Shown: piece by piece, positions 1-12,677 of the stretch | Numbering within the stretch: position 1 is the stretch's first letter | How the letters are laid out: each line of letters starts with the position of its first letter | DNA from: Octopus sinensis | Lineage: Eukaryota | Length of the DNA: 64,000 nt | Assembly (NCBI RefSeq): GCF_006345805.1 | Contig: NC_043004.1 | Location: 17,608,001-17,672,000, forward strand | Direction: 5' to 3' | Made by a program: the position numbers and the translations under genes | The notes under the pieces: generated by a model | Database searches by the model: none | Told to the model about the DNA's origin: nothing | The model's input: the letters and a program-made list of their open reading frames with translations, nothing else

Positions 1-540
1 GTTGTTTTCGCTCAAAGTTTCTGAACTTTTTCCATTAAGTGAAGGTGGTTCACCACAGTTTTTTTTAATCACAATCCAACTGCTCCGCCAATTCTCTAGA
101 CTTTGATGTGGATTTTTGTGAAGAAGTTGATTCAATCACTCTTCATCGAACTCAATTGGTCGACTGGTGTATGATCCGCCCTTGAGGTTAAAATTCCCAT
201 TTTGAAGCGCAAAAGCCAACAGTACTTTAAAGCATTGCTCCTTCTCCATACACAGCACAAATCTCATGAGCAGCTTTAGCGGCCTTAACACCTCGATTAA
301 ATGCACAAAGGAAATGGTGTCGAAAATGCTCAGTTTCGTCCACTTGACATTCCATTTTAATGATCTGAAAAAACATAAAAAATCAATAAAATTATAAACT
401 GAAAACACTATCTTGTAGAGCAAAAAATCAATTCCCTTTTAAATAACATAAAACATTTTGCCAATGCGTTTTATTTCTGTGGGCATTTTTAAATTTGAAA
501 GAAAAAAAAAACGCCCATGAATTATTTCCCAACCCAATAA
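1..540 (-). mobile_element. Mariner transposon 5' end (TIR plus decayed N-terminal HTH of transposase), cut by window edge
   Basis: Minus strand starts TTATTGGGTTGGGAAATAA (mariner-type TIR) and reads MECQVDETEHFRHHFLCAFNRGVKAAKAAHEICAVYGEG with stops and frameshifts; homologous to the copy at 35.9-37.1 kb. Confidence 0.85.
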
Positions 541-880
541 TATTTTGAAATTCATTGAGTGCACGAACTATATTTAGTTTTTAGATATTTCTCTTCTCTT
601 TACTTCATACCGTTGAAACAAATCACCCAGGCGACTGAATTTACTGCATAATCGCAGCCAGCCCAAAGTGATATTTTAAGCATAAAAGGAGGAAAATAAT
701 AAAAGACTTTATGAGGTTGCTAGTTGCATTAAAATGACATTGTTGCGTTGATATCTTTCTCAAGAACTTTAAACAATTAAGGTAGGTCATTTGAATCGGA
801 TGTAAAATTATGTCGAATTTTTCCCCATTTGTCTGAATAATATACATTTTGCAAAATAAAATATTTTAAATGACGCACAA

Positions 881-1080
881 CGGCGGCGAACTGGAAGAAT
901 CGTTAGCATATCGGACATAATGGTAAGCGGCGTTTCTTCCGGTTCTTTATGTTCTGAATTCATACATCGCTGAGATCAGTTTTACGTTTCATCCTTTCGG
1001 GTTTGATAAAGCACCAATCAAGTACCGCGATCAATCTAATCGATTTGTCTCCTTCACTCAAAATTCTCTGCTCTGAATCC
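881..1080 (+). mobile_element. tRNA-derived SINE family A, degenerate
   Basis: Head GGCGGCGAACTGG..GAATCGTTAGC and body matching other family A copies. Confidence 0.7.
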
Positions 1081-1362
1081 TGCAGGGGTTCAGAAGAGAG
1101 AATTCAGGGAAATGTGATCTAGATCATTTATACCCCATGGAAACCGGGTGAATGGTCGTATGAGTTTCAAGGCCCAAGAAAAATAGCAAAAAAAAAAACA
1201 AAAAACAATAACGCATTACTTCCTATTACTTTGTTGAGGAAAATGTAGATTGCTGGAATATAGTTTGTTTGAACACGGAGCTAACAGTAGGTTAGCTCCG
1301 TGTTCAAATCCTATACAAGTTGAACGCTTTAGATCGATAAAAAATATTCCAGATATTTTGGT

Positions 1363-1575
1363 TTCCAGTTTTGGCACAAGGCCTGCGATATTGGGGGAGC
1401 GGGTAAGTCGATTACATTAACGCCAGTGCTCAACGGGTACTTATTTTATCGACCCCGAAAGGGCTGAAGGTAAAATCGAGTTCGCCGAAATTTGAACTCA
1501 GAACATGAAGGCGGACGAAATGCAGCTAAACAGTTTGTCCGGCGTGCTAACGATTCTGCCAGCTCGCTGCTTTAG
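1363..1575 (-). mobile_element. SINE family A
   Basis: Reverse complement of GGCGGCGAGCTGGCAGAATCGTTAGCACGCCGG...GAGTTCAAATT consensus. Confidence 0.8.
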
Positions 1576-1614
1576 CCACCTTTGAAATATTACATTTGCA
1601 TAGAAATGAGTTTT

Positions 1615-1825
1615 TCCAATTTTGGTACAAGACCAGCAGTTTTAGGTGAAGGGGTTTGTCGAATACATTGACCCCAGTGATCAAATGGTACTTATTTTAT
1701 TGGCCCCGAAAAGATGAAAAGCAAAGTCGACCGCGGCAGAATCTGAACTCAGAATGTAAAGAGCCGCAAAGAATTTCACTAAACATTTTGTCCGGCGTGG
1801 TAACAATTCTATCAGTTCGTCACCT
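1615..1825 (-). mobile_element. SINE family A
   Basis: Same consensus as the 1363-1575 copy, in tandem orientation. Confidence 0.75.
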
Positions 1826-2374
1826 TGACCCACAAAGTAATTACGAAATGTTCATTAGCTAAATACGGTCCTTTATCGTAAAAAGGAATCAATTTATTTC
1901 ACTATGGCATTTATTGCTTGTCGTTTTTATTCATGTCTTTACCATTTGTACTGTCGACCGATAGACTATAATTGCTTGAAGCGAACCGTCGAAAGCAGGA
2001 AAAAGACAGACGAAAAGTACGAATGACTTGAAGAAAAAGACGTGTGAAGTGAACCAGTAACACAAAGAAACATAACAGAAACACACCAATAATTTTGAAG
2101 AAAGGAAATTATGAATTGTTAAATAATAAGGAAATGACAAATAATTATGAAATGCAAATTTCTGTACTTTTCAGTTTTAGATTTCTCATTAACGTGACTG
2201 ACAGCTAGTTCATAATTTGATTAAAACTTTTAATGAAAATGCTAGCTAAACGCCGAAAACTAGATAGTTCAGAACAAAGACAACAAAAAGCTTAAGAACA
2301 CAATGTGTAAACCGAACCGAAGACAACACGAAGTATCAGAACAAAGATGAAAAATTCTCGAAGAAAACAGTATA

Positions 2375-2700
2375 TACGTAGTCTGATCAATAAGTATTGG
2401 GACTGTTGCCATAGTAACGAAGCTAAAATAGTTGCGTAAAGCCGTTTGGCACAGATTAACCTTGAACTCTTTTGTGCGTGTGTACTAAATTGTAACGTTC
2501 TAGCTCAGTTTTGCTGTTTCAGCAGTGCTTGGAAGGAAGGTATGTAGCGTGTGATCGTCACATTGACCATGACAAAGAAAGTTGAGCAGAGAATCTGCAT
2601 CAAACTTTTGCCGAAAGCTTGGCGATAACTGCTCAGAGGCCCGTGCAAAGTTTTCAAAAAGTTTTCATCGTTCTCAACAGAATCAAGGAGATCTTGTGCA
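2375..2700 (+). mobile_element. Mariner 5' fragment, left arm of an inverted pair
   Basis: TA + CGTAGTCTGATCAATAAGTATT terminus; frameshifted MTKKVEQRICIK...LGDNCSEA transposase start. Confidence 0.75.
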
Positions 2701-2789
2701 ATTGAAACTCGAGTGTTCCCTTGGTCATCTGAAAGCAGTTATGCCACAAACTTGGCAGACACGCGTCTCATACCCAAATCTTCAGTGAT

Positions 2790-3247
2790 AATAGACTGAA
2801 CCGAAATGTAACTAATCTGCACATCCTCTGATAACTCACGGATGTGAGTTGACGATGTCTCCTTACAGCTGTACGCAGATTTGTGATGATTTTCTCAGTT
2901 CTGCTGGTTGCGGGTCTCCCAGAACCTTCGTTAATATCGACATTTTTTCGGCCATCTTGGAAACGTCTGAACCACTCGCACACTTGTGTGCGACTCATAC
3001 ACTCCTCTCCATACACTTTCTGCAATTTTGCGTAAACCTCTGAGCAAGTATCGCATTGCCAACTTTCTCTGTCATGGTCAATGCGACGATCACACGCAAC
3101 ACACCTTCCTTCCAAGCACTGCTGTCAACAGCAGAAGTGACCTAGAACGTTGAAACTTGATGTAAATCTGTGTGAAGCGGTTTTACCCTACATGTTTTAG
3201 CTTCGTGACCATGGCAACAGCCGGATACTTATTAATCAGACCTTGTA
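2790..3247 (-). mobile_element. Mariner 5' fragment, right arm of the same family
   Basis: TA + CAAGGTCTGATTAATAAGTATC terminus; ORF 2768-3115 contains SEVYAKLQKVYGEECMSRTQVCEWFRRFQDGRKNVD..GSGRP (mariner HTH). Confidence 0.85.
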
Positions 3248-3384
3248 TGATGCGGATTATCGACGGCAAAAGACACAAAACAGATTATCGAAGAACACAG
3301 AATGCAAAAATCGAACCGCGGTTAATAAGTATTTCACCTTGAATAGCTCCTTCAGATGGACCAAAGCATGCTCACAAAGGAATA

Positions 3385-3712
3385 AAACACTGGTCCTTCG
3401 TCGGTTACGACGACGAGGGTTCCAGTTGATCCGATCAACGGAACGGCCTGCTCGTAAAATTGGCGTACAGGTGGCTGAGCGCTCCAGAGACACGCGTATC
3501 CTTAACGTAGTTCTCAGGGAGATTCAGCGTGACACAGAATGGGACAAAGTTGGTCGTTTCAAATACAGGTACAACTCATTTTTTCCAGCTGAGTAAACTG
3601 GAGCAACATAAAATAAAGTGTCTTGCTCAAGGACACAATGCGTTACCAGGAATCGAACTCATGACCTTAAGATCGTGAGCCGAATACCCTAACTACTAAG
3701 CCATATACCTTT
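3385..3712 (-). mobile_element. tRNA/CORE-like SINE family C
   Basis: A/B boxes and TGTGTCCTTGAGCAAGACACTTTATTT core; matches 33024-33345. Confidence 0.8.
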
Positions 3713-4049
3713 ACAAGAAATAAAATTGTTAACTTCAAAATAAATTATATCTATCCTCGTTTATCACTGATTCATTCATCACTGATTCGGAATAATACGG
3801 TACGCTTATTGTGAATCTTGTTATACTTATCACGGATTAGTATGTGATGATCCGGGTCGGCTATCAGTGAAAGATTCTGTGTTGAGCACAAAAGCGTTCC
3901 CCACCTACCAACTACAATGCTCATACTAACTTGGTGTCTCAGAAGGAAGCCTATTTCCCCACTATTCACTTATTTCCTATTATTCACCCTGATTCATATA
4001 ACACGGTGTCGTTCTTTGGAACCAAACGTCCGTGACAAATGAGGATAGA

Positions 4050-4264
4050 CAGGAGGCTTTGCTGAAAAGTTCCTGGTTTTAAGGGTATCGCGAAAGACCT
4101 GATTGGAGGCCCAATCTTACGAGTTCTTTTACAAGGAATAAAAACTGATGGACTGCTGCATTAAGTGCGTAAATCTGAGAGAATACGTTGAATAAAATCA
4201 TAATTAATTGATCTTCCTGTATTTTCTTTTGCCTAAAGCCAGGATCTTTTCAGCAACCCTCGTA
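4050..4264. mobile_element. Mariner-derived MITE (~215 bp)
   Basis: Imperfect TIRs GAGGCTTTGCTGAAAAGTTCCTGG / CCAGGATCTTTTCAGCAACCCTC; second copy at 54445-54670. Confidence 0.7.
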
Positions 4265-4524
4265 TATAAAGGAGCCTTTAAGTGTGGTCCAAATTATGGC
4301 TACAAATCTGATAAAGTTGCGATCATGATTCTTCGACTTTACACTTGAAATCATTCATTCTCTTCTTTCTCCTTATCTCTTCCCTTTCTCCCCAGTCTAT
4401 CAACTCCTACCTTTCTCTACTCCTACTCTTCACTGATTTTCTTTCAAGTTTCACTTTCACAACACTCACCAGTTCCACGCTTCCTTTCCCTCCTCCTCTT
4501 CACCATCTCTCTTCTCATTTATCA

Positions 4525-5125
4525 TCATTTAGCTGACGACACAAAAGTATCGCAGGCAGTTAGGCACCCGGAGTACATCATAAAACTTCAGAAAGATCTG
4601 AATGAAATATACAACAAATGAGCCAACAAAAATAAAATGCAGTTCTATGCTATGAAATTTCAGTCACTCCACTATCAGTCCAACACCAGGCTTAAATCAG
4701 AATACACTGGACCAGAAGGTAATACGATCCCAGAGTCAGAGTCGATACGTGACCTGGGGGCTCATATGAGCAATGATGCAACATTCTATGTGCATATTAC
4801 CAAGATGGCAAACTGTGCAGGCGGTGTGGCTGGCTGGATTCTGAGGACATTTAGAACCAGTACAAGTGAGGCCCTGCTATTCATATGGAGGACTTTGGTT
4901 CTTAGCCTCTTGGACTACTGCTCGCAACTATGGTCCTCAGACTGTGTGAAACAAACTGTGGAATTCGAAGCAATCCGGTGACAGTACACAAAGAAGAGCA
5001 GCTCCGTCTAACTCGCTACTTCACCAAAAGCAATATGGAAAACAACACCGAGTAACTATAGGTGGTGCACCAGTATGACCCTCAGCCCTGGGTCGAAACC
5101 AGTAAAAATAAAAGAGAAAAAGATA
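4525..5125 (+). pseudogene. CR1/L2-type LINE reverse transcriptase fragment with SINE-like 3' tail
   Basis: ADDTKVSQAV...LQKDLNEIY, then ORF 4637-4981 IRDLGAHMSND...GWILRTF...WRTLVLSLLDYCSQLWS, typical of post-RT CR1/L2 regions. Confidence 0.85.
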
Positions 5126-5183
5126 TATATATATACATATGTATGTATTGTATATATATATAATGTATATATATATATATATG

Positions 5184-5257
<74 letters not shown>

Positions 5258-5303
5258 GTATATATTATATATATACACATACATATATATATGTAAATCG
5301 ACT

Positions 5304-5343
<40 letters not shown>

Positions 5344-5497
5344 CATAAACATGCAAACACACGAAAATACAAACACACACACACATGCACGTATATACAT
5401 GTCGAAAAATATTTAGACTCAACATATTATTACTCTTCTATATAATAGCTATTTCAATACACTTGTTCATACTAACGCTTAAATTATGGTTGCTAAA

Positions 5498-5710
5498 GGC
5501 GGCGAGCTGGCAGAAACATTAGCACGCCGGGCGAAATGCTTAGCGGTATTTCGTCTGTCTTTACGTTCCGAGTTCAAATTCCGCCGAGGTCGACTTCGCC
5601 TTTCATCCTTTCGGGGTCGATAAATTAAGTACCAGTTGCGTACTGGGCCGATCTAATCGACTGCCCCTCTCTCCCACAAAATTTCAGCCTTGTGCCAAGA
5701 GTAGAAAAGT
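5498..5710 (+). mobile_element. SINE family A (A1 tail)
   Basis: Near-consensus GGCGGCGAGCTGGCAGAAACATTAGCACGCCGGGCGAAATG...GAGTTCAAATTCC. Confidence 0.9.
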
Positions 5711-5725
5711 ATATCATGGCCTCTG

Positions 5726-5770
<45 letters not shown>

Positions 5771-5867
5771 CGGGAAGCTTTATGAAAATAAACAAAAGAC
5801 GAAGGCAGGTGGAAAACAAACAAACAATTGTATTAGTATGGCGCTCAGGAATATAAAAAAAAACAAG

Positions 5868-5905
5868 TCTTTTACGTTTCGAGCCTATGCTCTTCAACAG
5901 AAAGA
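5868..5905 (-). ncRNA. Degenerate minimal hammerhead motif in a short (TA)n-flanked element (~5765-5990)
   Basis: Minus strand TCTTT-CTGTTGA-A-GAGC-ATAG-GCTC-GAAAC-GTA-AAAGA: 5-bp stem I, 4-bp stem II, one core substitution. Confidence 0.5.
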
Positions 5906-5987
5906 TACACAGAAAAGAAACACGGAGAGAAACAAGGAGAGAAAAAAGAAAAATGCGTGCAGAAGCTAGCGAATCAACATGGCGATC

Positions 5988-6231
<244 letters not shown>

Positions 6232-7259
6232 ATTGGAGGGTATCTATTCAGAGATCGAGGCACTCGATCGCTTGACAGTATGACACAAAACAACAAATCA
6301 ATAATCCATTCCGTTAGTGAGTACTTCGTCAATGAAGAGAAGTTCAATGGCGTTTGGTAATCTGCAAATCCAAGAATATCCAAAAATAGAGTAGAACGTT
6401 CAATGTGGAGTAATATACTAATGAAAAGACAGGCGAGTGGATTGTATGGTCCCATTACAATGTTTCCTTGGGATATTTTATTATATAACGTCATATATTC
6501 AGTTATGTAAGACATGCAACATCCATGAGATGATGCATTATATTATTTAATGAAACCCCAACTCATCAGGAAAGTATATGATGATCGATATTTGATATGT
6601 CGCCAGAACGGCAGTTTTAACAACATAACGATACTCAAAGCAAGAGCACCAAAAGCTCGTTGTAGGTGTGGGCTCGAGAATAATTGGTCAATAAGAAATT
6701 GAAGGTAGTGCAACTAGGCTGTCGCAGAAAGATAAATACACAAAGCGAAATCGTCAAGCGAAATTGGTGGGAGATAAAAAAAATTGTAATGAAAGAAAAG
6801 TCGAGTGGCATATTTTATCTTCAACTGCTTTCCAATCTACTCAACCCAGAATTAAAGAATAGCAGCACGAATTCCTTATCACAGAGACCGGCGCCAAATT
6901 TGTAACTGATCCCGTCATTTCCTTGAAGAAATCGGCAAACGCAGTCATAAAGAGATGATGCAACGAAATCTATTTATTTTATTCTTTAGCGTTGTTATGA
7001 TAGTGAGATGCACAAGTAGATAAGATTGACGCCATTTATTATGTACACATGTCTACAGTTTAATTCGTCATCGTCGTCGTCATCATGTATCATACGCCGG
7101 CAGCACATTGATGACACAACAACAAACGAATTTTTTTCCGATTAAGCGCGAGTTCTTCAGTTGCCTTGTCACTATTGTCCAACCAGCTCGTGGCATTTGC
7201 CCTCTACTCTTACTTCCAATGTGTTTTCCAGACCTTTGCTTCTTCGAATATAGCCACAA

Positions 7260-7595
7260 TCAGTGGTGGACTGGCCAGGTTTCCTGCTTGCTCGATGGCA
7301 AGTGGAACCCTGCGCCATTTGAATCCATATATGGGGGCTCATGTTAGTATCTAAGGAGCCCATCTCCTCAAGCTTGATAATTTTTAAAATTCACTCATGG
7401 AACAATGCTTTAATTATTTCAGCCTGGCTGTGATTGTAGACAGTTGAAAAGAATACTTTTAACAAAAAATAAAAATAAAAATGAAAATAAAAAATAAATG
7501 ATAGCATTGTAGTTTTGGGTGGGTCTCCTTGTAGTTTCGGGCGGGCTCCCTTAGTCTCCTGGCAACCAATATTTTTAGACCCAGTCCTGCACTAG
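7260..7595. mobile_element. Possible hAT-like MITE
   Basis: Ends CAGTGGTGGACTGG and CCAGTCCTGCACTAG are imperfect inverted repeats; no TSD confirmed. Confidence 0.35.
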
Positions 7596-7609
7596 ACCCA
7601 AGCCATAAT

Positions 7610-8400
7610 AGATGAGCTTTTATTCTTCACAATGTTCAGATGTCGTCTTTCACCTACTTGTTGCTACACCCATTCATTCCCGATGGTCCTTGTAAGAGAC
7701 TCGTATCATTTTCTTAAACACTCACATTTCAAATGCATTAGTTACGTTCTCTTCAAATTTGTTCAGAGTCCTTGCTTTGAACCATAAATGCCTGTTGACC
7801 AAATGAGCGCTTGCGTTAGCCTTGTTTTTAACTTACTTACTTCTTTACTGCCCACAAGGGGCTACACACAGAGGGAACAAACAAGGACAGACAAACGGAT
7901 TAAATCGATTACATCGACCCCAATGCGTAACTGGTACTTATCTGATCGATCCCGAAAGGATGAAAGGCAAAGTCGACCTCGGCGGAATTTGAACTCAGAA
8001 CGTAGCAGCAGACGAAATACTGCTAGGCATTCCGCCTGGCGTGCTAACGATTCTGCCAGCTCGCCGCCTTAACTTGATTTTAACTTAATTGTGACACTTT
8101 TGCTACTCCCCATGGACGACACTTTTAAGCTTCCCCATGGACGTTCTTGCCATGGCTAACTGTGTCCTAATTTCTTTCTTACATGTGGTTTCATCAGAGA
8201 TTTACTTGTGCACTTCAACCTGTTCCAGCTTCTCACTTCCCAGTTTGATGTTAGCATTTACTCAATCTTTCCCTGTAACCATGACTTTTGCTTTCTAATG
8301 GTTGCGTGTTTGATACCTTCTCGACTCTTTTTACCATTTCTTATAGTCTGCCTTCAGTCTTGGCAAGTAGAGCAGTATCGTCTGCATACTTTAGATTAGA
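7610..8400 (-). pseudogene. RTE-clade LINE RT fragment interrupted by a SINE
   Basis: Minus strand NLKYADDTALLAKTEGRL...KAKVMVTG...EKLEQVE...KKEIRTQLAMAR and KTRLTQALIWSTGIYG...NAFEM*VFKKMIRVS. Confidence 0.85.
7831..8070 (-). mobile_element. SINE family A (A2 tail) inserted in the RTE fragment
   Basis: Full head to ...GCCCCTTGTGGGCAGTAAAGAAG tail; possible TAACTT duplication at the flanks. Confidence 0.9.
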
Positions 8401-8457
8401 AATATACAAATAGAAATATAGCTAATGAAACGCGTGTGTGGGTGTGTGCGTATATAT

Positions 8458-8502
<45 letters not shown>

Positions 8503-8944
8503 TATATATAATATATAGATTATGTGGTAGGGCTTCAACAAGTAGAAAACCACTCGATAAACTAAGGAGTAAAAATAATGTTATAATAAAAACAAATCTT
8601 GTTAAATATAGCTAGCCAGAGTTTCCTTGTCGAAATAATAATTTATTTCGCCATCTTTCAAGCTGAGAATAAGACCGTTTGTTAATTATCTTTTGAGTAG
8701 ATGACACACTCATATCTACGTAAATGTTTATATATATATATGAATGTCGTACTTCACACGAGCGATTCTTTAGGTATCTATTTATCCAACTAAAACATTT
8801 TGAACATTATTCTCACCAAAATGTTATACTCTTCCATCCAGGCAAAGAAAGAAGATTATTCAAGAATTTAGCATTTGATGACAACTCACTTGGGATTAAT
8901 AAATTTTTATCTTCGGTGCCTCTAATGGAATAGACTAAGCATTT

Positions 8945-9200
8945 TTTCTGTTACTTGTTTCGGCTATAGGACTGCGGCCATGCTGGGGCACCGACATAAA
9001 GATTTTCATGGGACAAACTAAGCAGAGTGCTTTTTTAAAAAAATCTGATACTTATTTTATCTGTCGCTTTCGTCGAACCGCTAAATTACGGGGACGTAAA
9101 CAAACCAATACTGGTTGTTTAGCAAGAAAAAAACACATGTAGGATGGGCTTCCACACTGTTTTCTGTCAACCAAATTCTCTCATAAGGCATTCGTCAACG
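8945..9200 (-). mobile_element. SINE family B, partial and degenerate
   Basis: Tail motif GTGCCCCAGCATGGCCGCAGTC..GAAACAAGTAA on the minus strand. Confidence 0.7.
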
Positions 9201-9402
9201 CCACCTAGCGCCTAGCCTTGCTTGATCAACTGAATTTTAGGAAACATTTCGTTCATTAAAATTCGTTCAATAACAAATGTTATTGCAGTGACCTCACCTT
9301 AAGTATTAAAAAAGGGGATCCAGACTCAGTGGTTAGAGCATTGGGCTTGCAATAGTGTGGTTGTGAGTTCGATATAATATATATATAATATATATTATAT
9401 AG

Positions 9403-9437
<35 letters not shown>

Positions 9438-9684
9438 TGTGAAGATTAGGGGAGAAAATTTAAAGAAATTTTCTACCGGTGGCCAGCATGCGTAATAAAG
9501 TCAATAGATAACATATATTTCATACAAAATAGTGTATTTATTTATGCACAAAAAAGAGGTGTCTTTTAACAGGACATCTTATTCGTGGTTTGGGCTTTAA
9601 CTGCTCTTCCTAGCATGTAAGGTGTTCTGTTAACGGTCTGCATAAATACGTACACTATTCCATATGAGAAATATATATCTTTCT

Positions 9685-9950
9685 ATGAGGGCGTATTGCC
9701 AAGTGGTTAGTGTGTGGCACGCGAGAAGATGGTTACCTTCTCCACTCTGGACCGGGAGGTGCGTTCTGTTTTTGAGCAAAACACTTCATTTCTCATTGCT
9801 CTGTGGGCACTTCAACACCAGACGTGCGGTACACCTTGTACCTATTCAGGCAACGTGTCGATTTCATGGGAGATATTGAGCTGATGTATGGCACATGCAT
9901 TTGATCACTATAAACAAACTATTTGCGCTTCTTTCAGTAATTGCAGAACC
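9685..9950 (+). mobile_element. CORE-like SINE family D (related copy ~49260-49480)
   Basis: tRNA-like head, TTTTGAGCAAAACACTTCATTTC core, and GGTACACC...TTGATCACTATAAA shared with the 49.3-kb copy. Confidence 0.6.
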
Positions 9951-10084
9951 GTCTTTTTCGAATTACGAGAGACGCCACAACGACGACAACAACCAAGACC
10001 ACGACGACGACGACGACCACCACCACCACCTATATGTACTAACTCTCTCTCTCCTCTCAGCTGAGTGCTCTTGTTATTATTACT

Positions 10085-12122
10085 ATATTTATGCCATTAT
10101 TCAGTTTATATCAAGATTTCTTGCCGATAGAGGAAGAACGATTTCTAATCTAGATCCAAGGCTTCTTCATTGGAATTTCTACATCAAAAACGGTATTTTG
10201 TTTGTATGTATGTATGTATGTATGTATGTATGTATACATGTATATATTATTTGTATGTTTTATGAATGTATTCTCATGCATATAGCTGCATATCTAGACA
10301 TGCTCATATATATATTTAAATGATAAACCGGAAAGTTTTACAAATTTTTACAGTTCCAGTGATGGACTGGATCTGTAGTAGTCTTCGAATTCGTTTTCTC
10401 CTTTCTGGTTTTGAGAAGCCTAATTTCTGAAGATTGCTATTTAGGCAGTGTGTTACATATCTCAAGGCCCCAATAGTAACAGGTATAAACCTGAACTTGT
10501 AATTAGTATAGGCGTTCTGTTTTTCACTGATCTTCAGCTGGGCTGCTAGTTTCCACAACTGTGCACAGTTTCTCTTCTCTATCTGAAATCATTATATCAG
10601 GTCTGTTGTGCTTACGTTTTATTGAGGTCTTCGCTGGTACATTCCACCAGTAATCCTTTTTACTATGAGTGGCTATGGCTTGTACCATATCGTTGGTTTT
10701 TATTTTTTGTCCTCGGAATTATCCTTCCAACGGAGTTCATTATAGAGTATCCTTGCTACAACATCATGTATCATTGGTAGATAAAACTGATAACATTTTC
10801 GGGCAACTGCTTATGATGTGGGTGATATCTTCAGTGTGGACTCCACAAAGTCTGCAACGGTTATCACATTTTACAGCTTTTCCTGAATCTCTATCCCTTT
10901 TGTGCATCAGGTACTTGGTTGATATTTCCTGTTCCTGGATTGCAAACGCATACCCTTCAAAGTCGAAGGTAGTAATCCGGTTACTGGTCCATGATAAACT
11001 GCTTTGAAGATCGATGGTACTATCATCACGGGGCTTTCTACTAACATAGCTATGCATAGTCTTCTGCTCATATAGGCTCATCCTTTCATCTGATGATTTG
11101 TTGCTGTAGAGTCGTGCGACTTCTTTGGGCATGTATTCTAGGTTACCAGACAAAGTGTGTTGCTCAAGGACATGCCCTCCAAGTCTTATGATATTATCAG
11201 CCTCATGTATGCAAATTTGGTCAAGGGATGCACTTCGACACTTGGTTAAAAGATGTTGCCGAAGGGATATGATGCTACATTCAAAGGCTTTTTGGATCGA
11301 TGTTAAGCCTCTTCCGCCTTGTTTTCGTTTTAAGCAGAAGCGGTCTACGTCACTGTTTATGTGGAAATTATGTGTGTTTGTTAGTACTTTTCGGGTTTCC
11401 ACATCAATGACTCGGATTTCATCAAGCGTCTAGTCAAGCAGCCCAAATGTTGGTATAAGTATTGATACTGAAAACACATTGTGGACCACTGTTTTATTGA
11501 ATACAGAGTGTTTCGAGGTCCAAAGGTTTTTTTTATTCCGCTATAATATTCTTTAGTAACACGTGTTTTGTTACAGGCGCTAATGTAAGATATATTTTCA
11601 TCCACTCCTAGACACCTGTAACATTCCTCGTCAGATACGGAGGAAACAGTCAAATCATTGATGGAGATGTCACTAGTCTGGTTTATAGTTATCTCCCTCT
11701 TCACAACCATATAATATTTCTCCTGACCAAACTCCAAACCAACATCATTTGAGAATGTTGTAACTAGGCCATGGCTCTTTTTCATCTCATGCATATTTTT
11801 TGCATAAATTTTTAAATCATCCACAAAGAAACAATATTTAATTTTGGTATTTCTGTTTCCTTGTGAGCCAGTGAGATATCCTTCAGACTTACCTAACATG
11901 AACGACAAGGGGTTTATAGAAAGTATAAACAACATCACAGAGAGGCTGTCTCCTTGGAATATGCCTTTGCGATACTGTATTCTATCGGTGATAATACAGT
12001 CACTCTTTGTGTTTAATTTCAAGATGGTGGCCCACGATGGAGTCGTTCTCACTAGAGCTTTAGCAAATTGAAGGACTTCTAGCATCCATGAGCGGGGAAC
12101 AGTGTCAAAGGCTTTCTTGTCG
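10085..12122 (-). pseudogene. 5'-truncated R4/Dong-type non-LTR retrotransposon (RT, CCHC finger, RLE endonuclease), frameshifted
   Basis: KKAFDTVP, KGIFQGDSLSVMLF, FFVDDLKIY (RT); RKQGGRGL; CRLCGVHTEDITHIISSCP; HNRPDIMI and FIPVTIGAL (RLE). The 3' UTR boundary is approximate. Confidence 0.88.
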
Positions 12123-12154
12123 TCTGTATGTATGTATGCATTTATGTATGTATG

Positions 12155-12188
<34 letters not shown>

Positions 12189-12370
12189 TGTATGTATGTA
12201 TGCATGTATGTATGTATGCGTGTATGTATTTCTACGCATATGTATGCGTATGTATGCATAAATATGTATATATGTGTGTGTGTTTGCGTGTATATATATG
12301 TGTGTGTGTATGTTACATATATGAATGCATGTATATATGTGTGTATGGGTTGGTGTTTGATCATGTGCGT
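12123..12370. repeat. (TGTA)n/(TG)n compound microsatellite
   Basis: Direct reading; abuts the 5' truncation point of the LINE. Confidence 0.95.
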
Positions 12371-12605
12371 ATGATTGGCTATGCTTCTTTAAATAGGTTT
12401 AAATTTGATCTGTAAATACACAATATTCATCGTCGACGTAGTTCTCACATCACTGAATCCGAAACAGTTTGACCTGGTGAACTTCATTAGTTTTGTAATG
12501 CTGCCGGATTAGATGAGTGAGATAATGTATATTTGATACTTTGATGGTGGAAGGGATAAAAAGAAGGGTATGAGATCACTGAATTCATTGCACTTATGTG
12601 TTGTC

Positions 12606-12677
<72 letters not shown>

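Noticed and set aside
8620-8690. Possible degenerate HHR with long stem II on the minus strand
   Set aside because: Both core halves deviate (TTGAAAGA, AGGAAAC-TCT), too decayed to call.
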